Part shown: piece after piece, positions 1 through 12,267 of the stretch
Position numbering within the stretch: the stretch's first letter is position 1
Layout: each line of letters opens with the position of its first letter
Origin: the human T2T-CHM13v2.0 reference genome, Homo sapiens
Strand: one strand, 5' to 3'
Length of the DNA: 64,000 nucleotides
NCBI RefSeq assembly: GCF_009914755.1
Contig: NC_060927.1
Made by a program: the position numbers and the translations under genes
The notes under the pieces: generated by a model
The model's database searches: none
What the model saw: the letters and a program-made list of their open reading frames with translations, nothing else
What the model was told of the DNA's origin: nothing

Positions 1-453
1 TCCTGAAAATTCCAAGATCCTTATTCCGCATTTTGACCGTCATTTTCATTTGCTGTCAACCCAATGTCATGGTCACTTCCTGGACCATTTTTCAGACTAA
101 ACCATGTCTAAACTCTCCTTTTTTTCCTACCTCTGTCTACAATCTCTTCTTCTTCCATCTTCCTCAGTACTTGCTCTCACACCTTTGTTATTTAACTTAA
201 GAAACACTCCCCAAAATTCCTCCACCACTTTCTTTTTATTATTATTACTATTTGTTGTTGTTGTTGTTGTTATTTCAATAGTTTTTGGGGAACAGGTGGT
301 GTTTGGTTACATGAATAAGTTCTTTAGGGGTGATTTCTGAGATTTCCGTGCACCCATCACCCAAGCAGTGTACACTGCACTTAATGTGTAGTTTTTTATC
401 CCTCGGCCCCTCCCACCCTTCCCCCCAAGTCCCCAGAGTCCATTATATCATTC

Positions 454-3400
454 TTATGCCTTTGTGTCTTCATAGCTTAGCTCCCACTTATAAATGTGAA
501 CATAAGATGTTTGGTTTTTCATTCCTAAGTTACTTAGAATAATGGTCTCCACTCCATCCAGGTTGCTGTGAATGCCATTATTTCCTTCCTTTTTATGGCT
601 GAGTAGTATTCCATGGTAAATATATACCACTTTTTTTTTAAATCCACTTGTTGGTTGATGGGCATTTATGTTGGTTTCATGTTTTTGCAACCGTGAATTG
701 TGTTGCTATAAACATGCATGTGCAAATGTCTTTTTCACATAATGACTTTTCCTCTGGGTAGATACTCAGTAGTGGGATTGCTGGATCAAATGGTAGACCT
801 GCTTTTAGTTCTTTAAGGAATCTCCATACTGTTTTCCGCAGTGGTTGTACTAGTTTACCTTCCCGCAAGCAGTGTCAAAGTAGTCCCTTTTCACCACATC
901 CACGCCAACATCATTTTTTTAAAAAATTATGGCCATTCTTGCAGGAGTAAGGTGGTATCACATTGTGGTTTTGATTTTCCTTTCCCTGATAATTGGTAAT
1001 GTTGAGCACTTTTTTCATATGTTTTCTGGCCATTCGTATATCTTCTTTTGAGAATTGTCTATTAATGGCCTTACCCCACTTTTTGATGGGATTATTTGCT
1101 TTTTCTTGCTGATTTGAGTTCCTTGTAGATTCTGGATATTAATCGTTTGTCAGACACATAGTTTGTGAATATTTTCTCCCACTCTGTGGGTTGTCTGTTT
1201 ACTCTGCTGATTACTTCTTTTGCTGTGCAGAAGCTTTTTAGTTTAATTAAGTCCCATCTATTTATCTTTGTTTTTGTTGCATTTGCTTTTTGGTTCTTGG
1301 TCATGAAGTCTTTGCCTAAGCCAATGTCTAGAAGAGTTTTTCTGATGTTATATTCTAGAATTTTTATGGTTTCAGGTGATAGATGGAAGTCTTTAATCCA
1401 TACTGAGTTGATTTTTGTATAAGGTGAGAGATATGAGGATCCAGTTTCATTTTTTCTACATGTGGCTTGCCAATTACCACCACCATTTGTTGAATAGGGT
1501 GTCCTTCCCCCACTTTGTTTTTGTTTGCTTCATTGAAGATCAGTTGGCTGTAAGTGTTTGGCTTTATTTCTGGGTTTTCTATTCTGTTCCATTGGCCTGC
1601 ATGCCTATTTTTACACCAGTATCATGCTGTTTTGGTAACTATATCCTTATACTGTAGTTTGAAGTCAATGTGATGCCTCCAGATTTGTTCTTTTTGCTTA
1701 GTCTTGCTTTGACTATGTGGGCTCTTTTTTTTGTTCCGTATGAATTTTAGAATTGGTTTTTCTAGTGCTGTGAAGAATGATAATGATATTTTGATCAGAA
1801 TTTCATTGAATTTATAAATTGCTTTTGGCAGTATGGTCATTTTTACAATATTGGTTCTACCCATCCATGAGCGTGGGATGTGTTTCCATTTGTTTGTGTT
1901 GTCTATGACATCTTTCAGCAGTGTTTTGGATTTTTCCTCATAGAGATCTACAGGGAAAACTCTTTCAATTTCACCTCTTTGGTTAGGTATATTCCTAAGG
2001 TTTTTTCTGTTTTTGTTTTTTCAGCTGTTGTAAAAGGGGTTGAGCTCTTGATTTGATTCTTAGCTTGGCTGCTGTTGATGTTTAGCAATGCTACTGATTA
2101 GTATACATTGATTTTAGATCCTGAAACTTTACTGAATTCATTTATCAAATTTAGGAGCTTTTTGGATGAGTCTTTAGAGTTTTCTAGATGTACAATCATA
2201 TTTTCAGTGAACAGCAACAGTTTGACTTCCTCTTTACCAATTTGTATACTCTTTATTTCTTTCTCTTGTCTGATGGCTCTGGCTAGAACATCCTGTACTG
2301 TGTTAAATAGAAGTGGTGAAAGTGGGCATCCTTGTCTTGTTCGAGTTCTCAGGAGGAATGCTTTCAACTTTTTCTGGCTCCATATGATGTTGGATATGGG
2401 TTTATAATAGATGGTTTTTATTCCCTTAAAATATGTCCTTTCTATTCCCATTTTGCTGAGGGTTTTAATCATAAAGGGATGATGTATTCCATCACATATT
2501 TTTTTCTGCATCTATTGAGGTGATCATAAGATTTTTTTTTAATGCTGTTTATGTGGTGTATCATATTTATTGACCTATGTATGTTAAGCCAATCTGCATC
2601 TCTGGTATGAAACCCACTTGATCATGATGTATTATCTTTTCGATATGCTGTTGGATTCAGTTAGCTAGTATTTTGTTGAAGATTTTTGCATCTGTGTTCA
2701 TCAGAAATATTGGTCTGTAGTTTTCTTTTTTGTTATGTTCTCTTCTGGTTGTGGCATTAGGGTGATTCTGGCTTCATAGAATGATTTAGGGAGGATTACC
2801 TCTTTTTCTATCTTTTGGAATAGTTTCAGTAGTATTGGTATCAATTCTTTCTTGAATGTCTGATAGAATTCAACTGTGAATCCATCTGGTCCTGGAATTT
2901 TTTTGTTGACAATTTTTTTTTATTACTGTTTCAATCTCGCTGCATGTTTTTGGTCTGTTCAGAGTTTCTATTTCTTCCTTAGTCTAGGAAGATTCTCTAT
3001 TTCCAGCAATTTATCCATCTTCTCTAGGTTTTCTAGTTTTTGTACATAAACGTGTTCGTAAAAGCCTGAATGATCATTTGTATTTCTGTGGTATTGTGAT
3101 ATCTCCCATTTTATTTCTAATTGAGCTTATTTGGGTCTTCTCTCATCTTTTATTGGTTATTCTTGCTAATTAATGGTCCATCAATTTTGTTTGTTTTCAA
3201 AGAACCAGCTTTTTGTTTTCTTTATCTTTTGTATTGTCTTTATTTCTTTCAATTTCATTTATTAATAGTTCTTCTCTGATCTTGGTTTCTTCTCTTCTGC
3301 TGGTTTGAGTTTGTTTTTTTTTCTTGTTTCTCTAGCTCCGTGAGGTGTGACCTTAGATTGTCTGTTTGTGCTCTTTCAGACTTTTTTGATGTAGGCATTT

Positions 3401-4278
3401 AATTCTACGAACCTTCCTCTTAACACATCTTTTGCTGTATCCCAGAGGTTTTGATTGGTTGTGTCACTATTATTGTTCAGTTCAAATAATTTTTTAATTT
3501 CCATCTTGATTTCATTGTTGACTCAAATATCATTAGGAGCAGATTATTTAATTCCATGTTTTTGTATAGTTTTGAGGATTCCTTTTGGAGTTAATTTCCA
3601 ATTTTATTCCACTGTGGTCTGAGAGAGTACTTGATATAATTTCAGTTCTATTAAATTTATTGAGACTTGTTTTGTGGCCTATCATATGGTCTGCCTTGCA
3701 GAATATTCCATGTGCTGATGAAAAGAATGTATATTGTGCAGTTGGGTAGAATGTTCTGTAAATATCTAAGTCCATTTATTCTAGGGTATAGTTTAAGTCC
3801 ATTGTTTCTTTGTTGACTTTCTATCTTGATGACCTATCTAGTGCTGTCAGTGGAGTATTGAAGTCCCCCACTATTATTGTGTTGCCATCTATCTCACTTC
3901 TTAGGTCTAGTAGTAATTGTTTTATACATTTGGGAACTCCAGTGTTAGGTGCATATATATTTAGGACCTGTTGGACTGATCCTTTTATCATTATATAATG
4001 TCCCTCTTTGTCTTTTTTAACTGTTGTTGCTTTAAAGTCTGTTTTGTCTGATATAAGAATACCTACTTCTGTTCACTTTTGTTTCCATTTGCATGGAATA
4101 TCTTTTTCCACCTCTTTACCTTAAGTTTATGTGAGTCCTTATGAGTTAGGCAAGTCTCTTGAAGATAGCAGATACTCGGTTGGTGGACTTTTATCCATTC
4201 TGACATTCTATATCTTTTAAGTGGAGCATTTACATTCAACATTAGTATTGAGATGTGCAGTACTGTTTCATTCATCAT
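454..4278 (-). pseudogene. L1 ORF2 (endonuclease / reverse transcriptase / C-terminus), broken by stops and frameshifts
   Basis: Track fragments match L1 ORF2: EN N-terminus (4063-4278 MMNETVLHISILMLNVN), DHMIGHKTSLNKF...SDHSGIKLEIN (3548-3775), RT motif [12 protein letters not shown] (2098-2511), [16 protein letters not shown] (1622-1864), [18 protein letters not shown] (1092-1304), [18 protein letters not shown] (677-868). Confidence 0.93.
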
Positions 4279-4339
4279 GCTAATTGTTGTCTGAATACTT
4301 TGGGGTTTTTTTATGGTGTTATTGTTTTATAGGCCCTGT

Positions 4340-5336
4340 GAAAATTATACTTTAAGGAGGTTCTATCTTGGGGTATTTTGAGGTTTTGTTTCAATATTTA
4401 GAACTTCCTTTAGCATTTCTTGTAGTGGTGGCTTGGTAGCGGTGAATTCTCTCAGCATTTGTTTTTCTGAAAAAGACTTTATCTCTCCTTCATTTATGAA
4501 GCTTAGTTTCACTGGATAAAAAATTCTTGGCTGATAATTATTCTGTATAGGGGGCTAAAGATAGGACCCCAATCCCTTCTGTCTTGTAGGGTTTCTGCTG
4601 AGTAATCTGCTGTTAATCAGATGGGTTTTTCTTTGTAGATTACCTGATGCTTTTGCCTCACAGCTCTTAAGATTATTTCATTCATCTTGACTTAGGTAAC
4701 TGATGACTATGTGCCTAGGTGATGATCTTTTTGCAATGAATTTTCTGGATTTTCTTTGAACATCTTATATTTGGATGTCTAGATCTCTAGCAAGATCAGG
4801 GATTTTTTTCTCAATTATTCCCTCAAATAAGTTTTCCAAGCTTTTAGATTTCTCTTCTTTCTCAGGAACACCAATTATTCTTATGTTTGGTCATTTAACG
4901 TAATCCCAGATTTCTTGTCCATTTTTTTATTCTTTTTTCTTTGCCAAATTGGGTTAATTCAAAAGCCTCATTTTCGAACTCTGAAGTTCTTTCTTCTACT
5001 CATTTGATTCTATTCTTGAAACTTTCCAGTGTGTCTTGCATTTCTCTAAGTGTGTCTTTCATTTTCAGAAGCGTGATTGTCTTTTCTTTGATATCTATTT
5101 CACTGGAGACTTTTTCATCTATATCCTGTATAGTTTTTTACATTTATTTAAGTTGATTTCACCTTTTTCTGGTGCCTCCTTGAGTAGCTTAAGAATCTTC
5201 TAAATTCTTTTTCTGGCAATTTGCAGATTTCTTCTTGGTTTGGATCCATTGTTAAAGAGCTAGTGTGACCTTTTGGGGGTATTACAGAACCTTGTTTTGT
5301 CATATTACCAGAATTACTTTTCTGGTTTCTTCTCAT
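4340..5336 (-). pseudogene. L1 ORF1 remnant
   Basis: MRRNQKSNSGNMTKQGS...LPEKEFRR (5148-5336) resembles an L1PB ORF1p N-terminus and lies between the 5' UTR and ORF2. The 3' boundary is approximate. Confidence 0.8.
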
Positions 5337-6973
5337 TTGGGTAGACTGTTTCAGTGGAAAGATCTAGAGTTCAACGGCTGCTGTTTAGATACTTTTGTGC
5401 TATGGGGTGATCCTTTGATTTGGCACTCTATCTCTTCCCCTAGTGATGGGACTTCCTGAGAGTCAGACTCTAGTGATTGCTATTGTCCTTCTGGGTCTAG
5501 CCACCCAGCAGGGCTACCAGGCTCTGGGCTGATGCTGGGGAATGTCTGCAAAGAGTCCTGTGATGTGATCTGTCTTCGGGTCTTCCAGCTGTGGATACCA
5601 GCACCTGCTCTGATGGAGGTGGTAGAATAGTGAAGTAGACTCTGAGGATCCTTGGTTGTAGTTTTGTTTAGTGTGCTGGTTTTCTCAAATGCTGTTTGTA
5701 CCAGCAATGAAGTTAACATGTGAACAGACTTAGGACCTCTGGTTAGCCAGGATGTTGCAGGCAGTGGAATTAGCTGTTGTTTTCTCCTCCTTTGGAGCAG
5801 AGTTGTTCTGTTATGAGTTGCTGTAATGGCTTGAGTTGGTTGGTCTCCAGCCACAAAATGGTGCTTTCAATAGAGCACCAGCTGCAGTAGTGGATGTGGG
5901 ATATAATCTTGCCCTGTGTTGGCCAGAGGAAGTACTTGGGTTATTAAGGTAGTGGGTGGGGCCATAGATGTCCCAAGAGTTGATGTCTTTTGTCTTCAGC
6001 TACCAGGGTGGTTAAAGAAAAACCATCATGTTGGGGGAGGGTTAGGCGCGTCTGAGCTCAGACTCCCCTTGGGCAGGGCTTGCTGCTGTCACTGTGGAGG
6101 TTGGGGAGATGGTTCTGAGGCCAGTGGGGTTATGTTCCCAGGAGGATTATTGCTGCCTCTGTTGCAGCATACAGATCACCAGGGAAGTGGGGGAAAGCTG
6201 GCAGTGACAGGCCTCAGCCAGCTGCCACACAGCCAGCAAGGCCAGTCTTATTCCCACTATGCCCCCACAACAGCATTTAGTTTATATCCAGGCAGGCAGT
6301 GAGCAGGGCTGAAATATTACCCTAGGCTACAAGCTTCCCCCTGATAAAGCAAGCAGGGCTCTCGGATCTTACCCCTCCCTGCCTCCTCTCACTTTTGGCT
6401 GCAGCTTCTGTGCTTGTATCTGTACTTCCCATTCACCCCCGGGATGATGTTTAGGAAAATTTGTGTTCAGTCAATATTATTACACAGCTCAGCTAGGAGC
6501 TTCCTTCACACTGTGGTCCCTCCCCAGTTCCACTGGCTGCCTTCCCTTCCCCAAGGACCTCTGTAAAAAAAAAGGCCAGGAATACCTTCCCTGGGTTCAC
6601 GCTGGGGACTGGGAGTGCCTACAGGGCTCTTCCCACAGCTTCCTCTACTTTTATATTTTGCTTAACTCCATAAATCCATTTCAATTCTAGGTAAGGTTAA
6701 ATCTTTCTCCTATGATCTGGATTTTCAGGTTCCCCAGTGAGGATGTATGTTTGGAGGCAGACATTTTCCCCTTCTCACACTTTGAGAGCTCAGTTTTTCA
6801 GCTGTGTCGCAGCATCTACAGCAGCAAGCCACTTCTTTCAAAGCATCTGTGAATTATTTCGGTTTTCGTAGTATGTTCCTACAGTGGTTCTTGTAGCAAA
6901 AGTTCACAATGTGAGTCTCCACATGCTGTTCTGTCCATCCAAGTGGGAGCTGCATGTTAGTCCTGTCTCCTAT

Positions 6974-6983
6974 CTGCCATTTT
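6974..6983 (-). promoter_or_regulatory. YY1-like site at the L1 5' end
   Basis: Minus strand reads AAAATGGCAG about 20 nt inside the L1 5' end, the usual position of the L1 YY1 motif. Confidence 0.55.
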
Positions 6984-7198
6984 CCTCATTCTGCCTCTAT
7001 CTCTCCACCACTTTCTTACCATTCCGCTTGACTCCATAATCCATTTCTTCTAAAATGTTAAACTTTTTGATCCTTTGTCTTTTTACTGTACTATACTTGA
7101 AAATTTTCTATAGCCAATGAATCCAACCAGTCTACTTTTACACCTGAGCTCTGCTGGAGTAAATGTTTCCAAATATAGACCTTAGTGCCACTAAAACC

Positions 7199-7506
7199 TT
7201 TTTTTTCTTTTTTCTTTTCTGAGACAGGGACTTGCCCTGTTGTTCAGGCTAGAGTGCAGTGGTGTAATCATGGCTTGTTGCTGCCTCAACCTCCTGGGCT
7301 CAAATGATCCTCTCATCTCAGCCTCCAAAGTAGCTAGGACTACAGGCATGTCCCACCAACTCCTGGCTTTTTTTTTTTTTTTTTTTTTTTGACAGATGTG
7401 GTATCTCTGTGTTACCCAGGTTAGTCTAGAACTTCTGGGCTCAAGCAATTCTCTTGCCTCAGCCTCCCAAAATGCTGGGATTATAGATGTGAGCCACCAT
7501 GCACCC
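7199..7506 (-). mobile_element. Alu (AluJ-like)
   Basis: T-rich tail, 'gagacaggg...gctagagtgcagtgg', expanded mid T-tract, ends 'gagccaccatgcaccc'. Confidence 0.9.
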
Positions 7507-7509
7507 TAA

Positions 7510-7884
<375 letters not shown>

Positions 7885-8233
7885 TGATTAAGCAGACTGT
7901 CATGCTGCACGTCATTACATGAATTAAAGTTGTACTATGTAGCTGTACTATTGGTCAGCATCTTTTCTCATTCCTCACGTTGGTTACCCCAAATTTTTAT
8001 AACTACCCTCAAGTTACCTTCAAAAATATCCAATTTCCTCACCCATTAAAAAAATCAATTCCACCATGTGTTATTGATTTGAAATCATGACATAAGGTAG
8101 ACCTCAATCTCTTATTATTTACGTTTGTATATTGTAAATATACAAATATACAATATACATTTGTATATTGTAAATAACCTATTATTTACCACATTTGTAT
8201 GAATTTCCCTATATTGGATTGAATTTAAAAGTC

Positions 8234-8386
8234 TTGCATGGTGGTGCATGCCTGTAGTCCCAGCTACCTGGGAGGCTGAGGTGGGAGAATCACTTAAGTC
8301 CAGAAGTTACAGGCTGCAGTAAGCTATTATCACACTACAGCACTCCAGCCTGGGCAACAGAGGAAGAACCTATCTCTTAAAAAAAG
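8234..8386 (+). mobile_element. Alu right-arm monomer (FRAM or 5'-truncated AluJ)
   Basis: 'gtggtgcatgcctgtagtcccagctac...cactccagcctgggcaacag', flanked by AAAAGTC on both sides. Confidence 0.85.
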
Positions 8387-8484
8387 TCCTTATCAAGCCC
8401 CTCAGCTCCCAAGGTAGATCATTTTACACTATGGCTAGTTAGGAAGAAATGGAGAATAAAAATAAAATAGTGGAGAGAATAACC

Positions 8485-8663
8485 ACCATTCTGCTCAGAT
8501 CCCTTCACATCTCTTCTTAGCACTTATTTATTGATTATTTCGTATGTGCACATTTCCATCCCTACTCTGACATTGACGTGCTTTCGTCTCCAACAGTTTT
8601 GTTTCTGAGGACTCCTTTTCTACCCACTGGAGTCCACTCGGCCTGATTAGAGAGCTGGAAATG

Positions 8664-8696
<33 letters not shown>

Positions 8697-8967
8697 TTTT
8701 AAAAAAGCCTCCCGAAGTGGCTACAGGAGTATAAAAGCCCCAGATTCCTTGCCTCAGGAAGCAACAACTCTGAGGTGTGGCTTGTAACCCCCAGCTCCCT
8801 GAGGGATCAGGCTACAGCTCCCCTCTGTGGAACTTTGCCTTAGATTACCCACTTCTGCTTGGCTTCCTCCCCTCCCTGTCCTGCTTCTTTACTCCATTAT
8901 TGGTCTTCACTGAGAACATTTTCTTAATAAATCACTTGCACACTTCTGGGGAATCAATTTTAAGACA
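8485..8967 (+). mobile_element. ERVL solo LTR, LTR16-like, with an internal A30 run
   Basis: 'ataaaagccccagattccttgcctcagg..caactctgaggtgt', 'ttaataaatcacttgcacac', ends 'taagaca'. The 5' boundary is approximate. Confidence 0.65.
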
Positions 8968-9433
8968 ATTAGGTAATAAATATTTGTGTGACTGAAGAGA
9001 CTGATCTAAACCAAACAAGTTTTTGAAGGTGTGTTGTCGCATTAAAATAGCTTTTGAGGTTTTTTATATTACTTTTTTAAAAATTTGAATGTTGGGCCTT
9101 GAAAGTAATTTTTTGTTACAGTTCATGAAGTCTAAAAATTCAATTGCAATCATTTTCTGAAATGCAGTTTTTCTAACATCCATAAACCAGAGATAAAATT
9201 GTATAAATAATAAAATATTGTCCAAGCAACTTGTAGTTGTGCTCGGTACTAGTATTTTTAATTTTATCATTTCAAAAGAATTATTCAGGTTATAGAAATT
9301 GTATAAGCAGTTTCTGAGGTATTTGGAGATGTGGGAAGATATACATATTATCTTCTATAAAACCATCCTTTGCCAAGAAGAAAAAAAAAATGGTGCTGAA
9401 TTCTCTCTTTCCCCTTCCATCCTACCATGTGAC

Positions 9434-10219
9434 TGTGCCAGTCATGGATATACCTCTCAGCTCCAAATTCACCCCTTTGCATGCTCTGTGATAAGGGAGG
9501 GGGCGCCTCATAGATATTTTTCCTTTGACAGCCAACACAATAAACTTTTCAGTAGAGGACACTGGAGGGACACAGGAAAAGGAAGGGGATTTCTCCTCCT
9601 GGTTCTGGTGTGCTCCTCTTGTGGTCCTAGTTGAGTTCCTGCAGAGTGGCTGACGTTTTGTGACTATGGCCCCACAGCTAACAGCAAGAGTCACCTGTTC
9701 ACGCTGGAGTTTAGTGCACTCCCAAGGGCAGCTAATGAGTTCCACAGGCACCTGGCTCATTTCCTGGGCATTTTCTGATGACTCAAAAGTATCCCACCAC
9801 ACACACAGGCAGCTTCCAGGAAATTTTCTAGAAAATCTACCTGTTGGCTTTCCAGGAAGTTAATGACTTCCACATTTTGCCCTCCTCAGCAGCTTCCTGG
9901 TGAATGTCTTTGGCATCCTAGCAGATGGTTCTCTGCCTACCAGCCTCAGCCTCATCCCACTGTGTTTGGACAGCGACAACACAGTGCATTCTCTACCATT
10001 GAGTGGACTTAAACCACACCCTGGCATCCAGTTGTGGAAAGAACATCCCCCCCTCAAGTTTGTTTCTTCCCTGGGTACCCATTCTCAGCCCTAGGGTGTC
10101 TTTATGAGTTCTTTTTTCCCTCCTCTTAGACAATTCCCTGTTACTCCATTCCTGTGTTAATAATTTTTTATACTGGTCTTTCCTTGTTCTGTCTCCTGAT
10201 GGGGGCTCTAACTAATATA
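9434..10219. mobile_element. ERVL-class solo LTR (LTR33/41/50/52 group)
   Basis: Starts TGTGCCAGTC and ends ACTAATATA. 5-bp TSD GTGAC (9429-9433) / ATGAC (10220-10224). Internal 'ctccaaattcacccc...gtagaggacactggagggacac' is typical of the group. Confidence 0.7.
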
Positions 10220-10484
10220 ATGACTAAGCAATGCAGAATGATGAAATCTTAAAAAATTGCTAGTCCTCTCAATGTGTGAGTTCTTTAAAGAAAGTTTTTT
10301 TTTTAAAAGAAAGATATTTAGGCCATGCCTTTTAAGTCTTTTTTTTTTTTTTAAAGTTGTTCTTCCACTCTTTAAATGGCTTTCAATTTGAGACAAAACA
10401 GTTGCCAACTCTAAGAGTGACAGCTCTGACTTTTTGTATGGTTAATATGAAAAAACCAGAGCTGTCACTTTTGGAGTAACTGCC

Positions 10485-10680
10485 TAGTGCTTGGCACTTT
10501 ACAAACAACACATTTAATTCCCAGAAAGCTCTGCAAGGCCCACACCATCATCCCTGTTGTAGAGGTAAGGAAACTGAGGCTCAAAGATATGAAATGATTT
10601 GCCTGATATTACATTACTGTTATGTGCTGGCAGGTAGATCAAAAAAGTCTCTTCACTGTCTTTCATTGTATCTCATGTAG
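10485..10680 (-). mobile_element. MIR
   Basis: MIR core 'ggaaactgaggctcaaaga..tgaaatgatttgcc'. Confidence 0.7.
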
Positions 10681-11899
10681 ACACAAAATGAAATCTTTCA
10701 GATCTTTAGTAATTTGATTAATCAGTTCCTTCCTTTATTCCCCAATATTAATTGGATACTTCCTATGTTTCATGATAGGTTAAAAAAGCCTCAAGGGGTT
10801 TTCATGTTAAAAGCACTTTTTTCTTAACTACTTGCCCTTGACCATGCATTGCACTTTGCCCCTTGTTAAAGGCTTTAAATTCCCAAGCAAGCCTGTGCAG
10901 AAAGTGACATTTTTCCCCAAAGTTGCTATGGGCCACTTCCTGCTTGCATGCTTTGCAGCATTTTGTATTGATTTGCCCAGTTTTTCTGTCCCCCTTTAGG
11001 TCTCCGTGCCTTGGGACTCAGTCTTGGCCTGTCCCCTTGGATGCTGCTCCATTTGGGGGCTGCTTGTTCCTCTTCTGACCTTTAGCTCTTCCCCTTCACC
11101 ATCTTAGTTTCTTCAACCGTTCTCTAGATCTGCTTCTGGTGTTCCATGTTTCATGACCCATCACCACCACTGTTAAGACTGCCTCCCTAGCCACACAGGG
11201 GTGTGGGAATGGGCAGGAGCTTTTTCTAAGTGGGGAATGTCTGTTTCCCCAAGACACAGATTTGGGGGCAGCTCTGATCTACATTGAGGTGTAAGCAAGA
11301 CAGTATCTTTATGGAAGAAGCTCTTCTGGCCTCCTGCTTTTGCCTCCAGCAAGCCATGATGTTATGTCTTCCCAGAATACTCTTCTCTTCTCCCTTGCCC
11401 ATGTCTTCTCTTCCTCATAAGGCCTATCCTTCACCCCAGCTATCTGTCCAAATTCTATTCATCTTTCATGTTCAACTGTAACATTAACTTAAGGAGATGG
11501 ACCTCCACTGAGCCCTTGCTGCAGTGCTGAACTGTATTGGCTGATTCTTTGTATCTTAGGAATTGGGAGCATCTGGAGTACATGGACTGTGTTGTGTTAG
11601 TCTGTATACAGCAAAGCTTAGCATTGTGTGGCATGGAAGTCCCTTAATAAAGATTTGGGGAGAGAAAATGGGAGGGAGAAAGAGGAAAGAAGGCAGAAAG
11701 AAGAAATAATTAGTGAAAGGGAGGCAATGTATTCTTTCTCTCTTTCGGCATTTTATAACATTTTACCAGCTGAAGTAAATTAAATTTATCATCTGACATT
11801 TAGGATATCTCCAAGAACACGGTTTTAGGTGGCTTTTGGCTGAGACTCTGTTCTAGCCAGTGACTTCACTCAGAGACAGAAGGAATAACTACCACCACA

Positions 11900-12165
11900 G
11901 TAGAAATAACATCAAACAACAATGAACACTTAGTGAGCCCCTGTTAGGTACCAGACCCCATACTAAGCATCTTCTATGCATTATCTCATTAATCACCACA
12001 ATCGCCCAATGAGTGGATACTGTTCCTCTTTTCAGATAAAGAAACTAGCATAGAGATATGAAGAAACTTGCCAAGGTCACACTGCTTGTCAATAGCAATA
12101 TTAGGGTATTAAATCAGGCTGTTACCCACCAAAGCCAAACTTATAACCATTACACTATGGTGCTT
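11900..12165 (-). mobile_element. MIR
   Basis: 'gcattatctcattaatc...cagataaagaaact...aaacttgccaaggtcacac'. Confidence 0.75.
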
Positions 12166-12267
12166 CTCTAAGGAAGTGATGTATGTTTTCATGCCCAGAA
12201 AGGCCCACAAGATAGCAGAGTGGATCCTAAAGAGACACCTAAAGCTTTGGTCAATAAAAGGCATTTA

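Larger units (their letters stand above)
235..7002 (-). mobile_element. Full-length LINE-1, L1PB-type (L1PB1-like 3' end), degenerate
   Basis: Identical 15-bp TSD CTCCACCACTTTCTT at 220-234 and 7003-7017. The degenerate poly(A) tail reads as (TTA/TTG)n at 235-280. The L1PB-type 3' UTR begins 'gtttttggggaacaggtggtgtttggttacatgaataag'. ORF2, ORF1 and a ~1.6 kb 5' UTR follow in the expected order. Confidence 0.95.

Noticed and set aside
454-5336. L1 ORFs as an active retrotransposon or a novel reverse transcriptase system
   Set aside because: They are fragmented by many stops and frameshifts and are ordinary L1 relics.
8665-8700. A30 followed by CTTTTT, with a similar run at 14919-14955, as poly(A)-only retro-insertions or terminators
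   Set aside because: No TSD is visible. Both lie inside older repeats and are best explained as expanded A-tracts.
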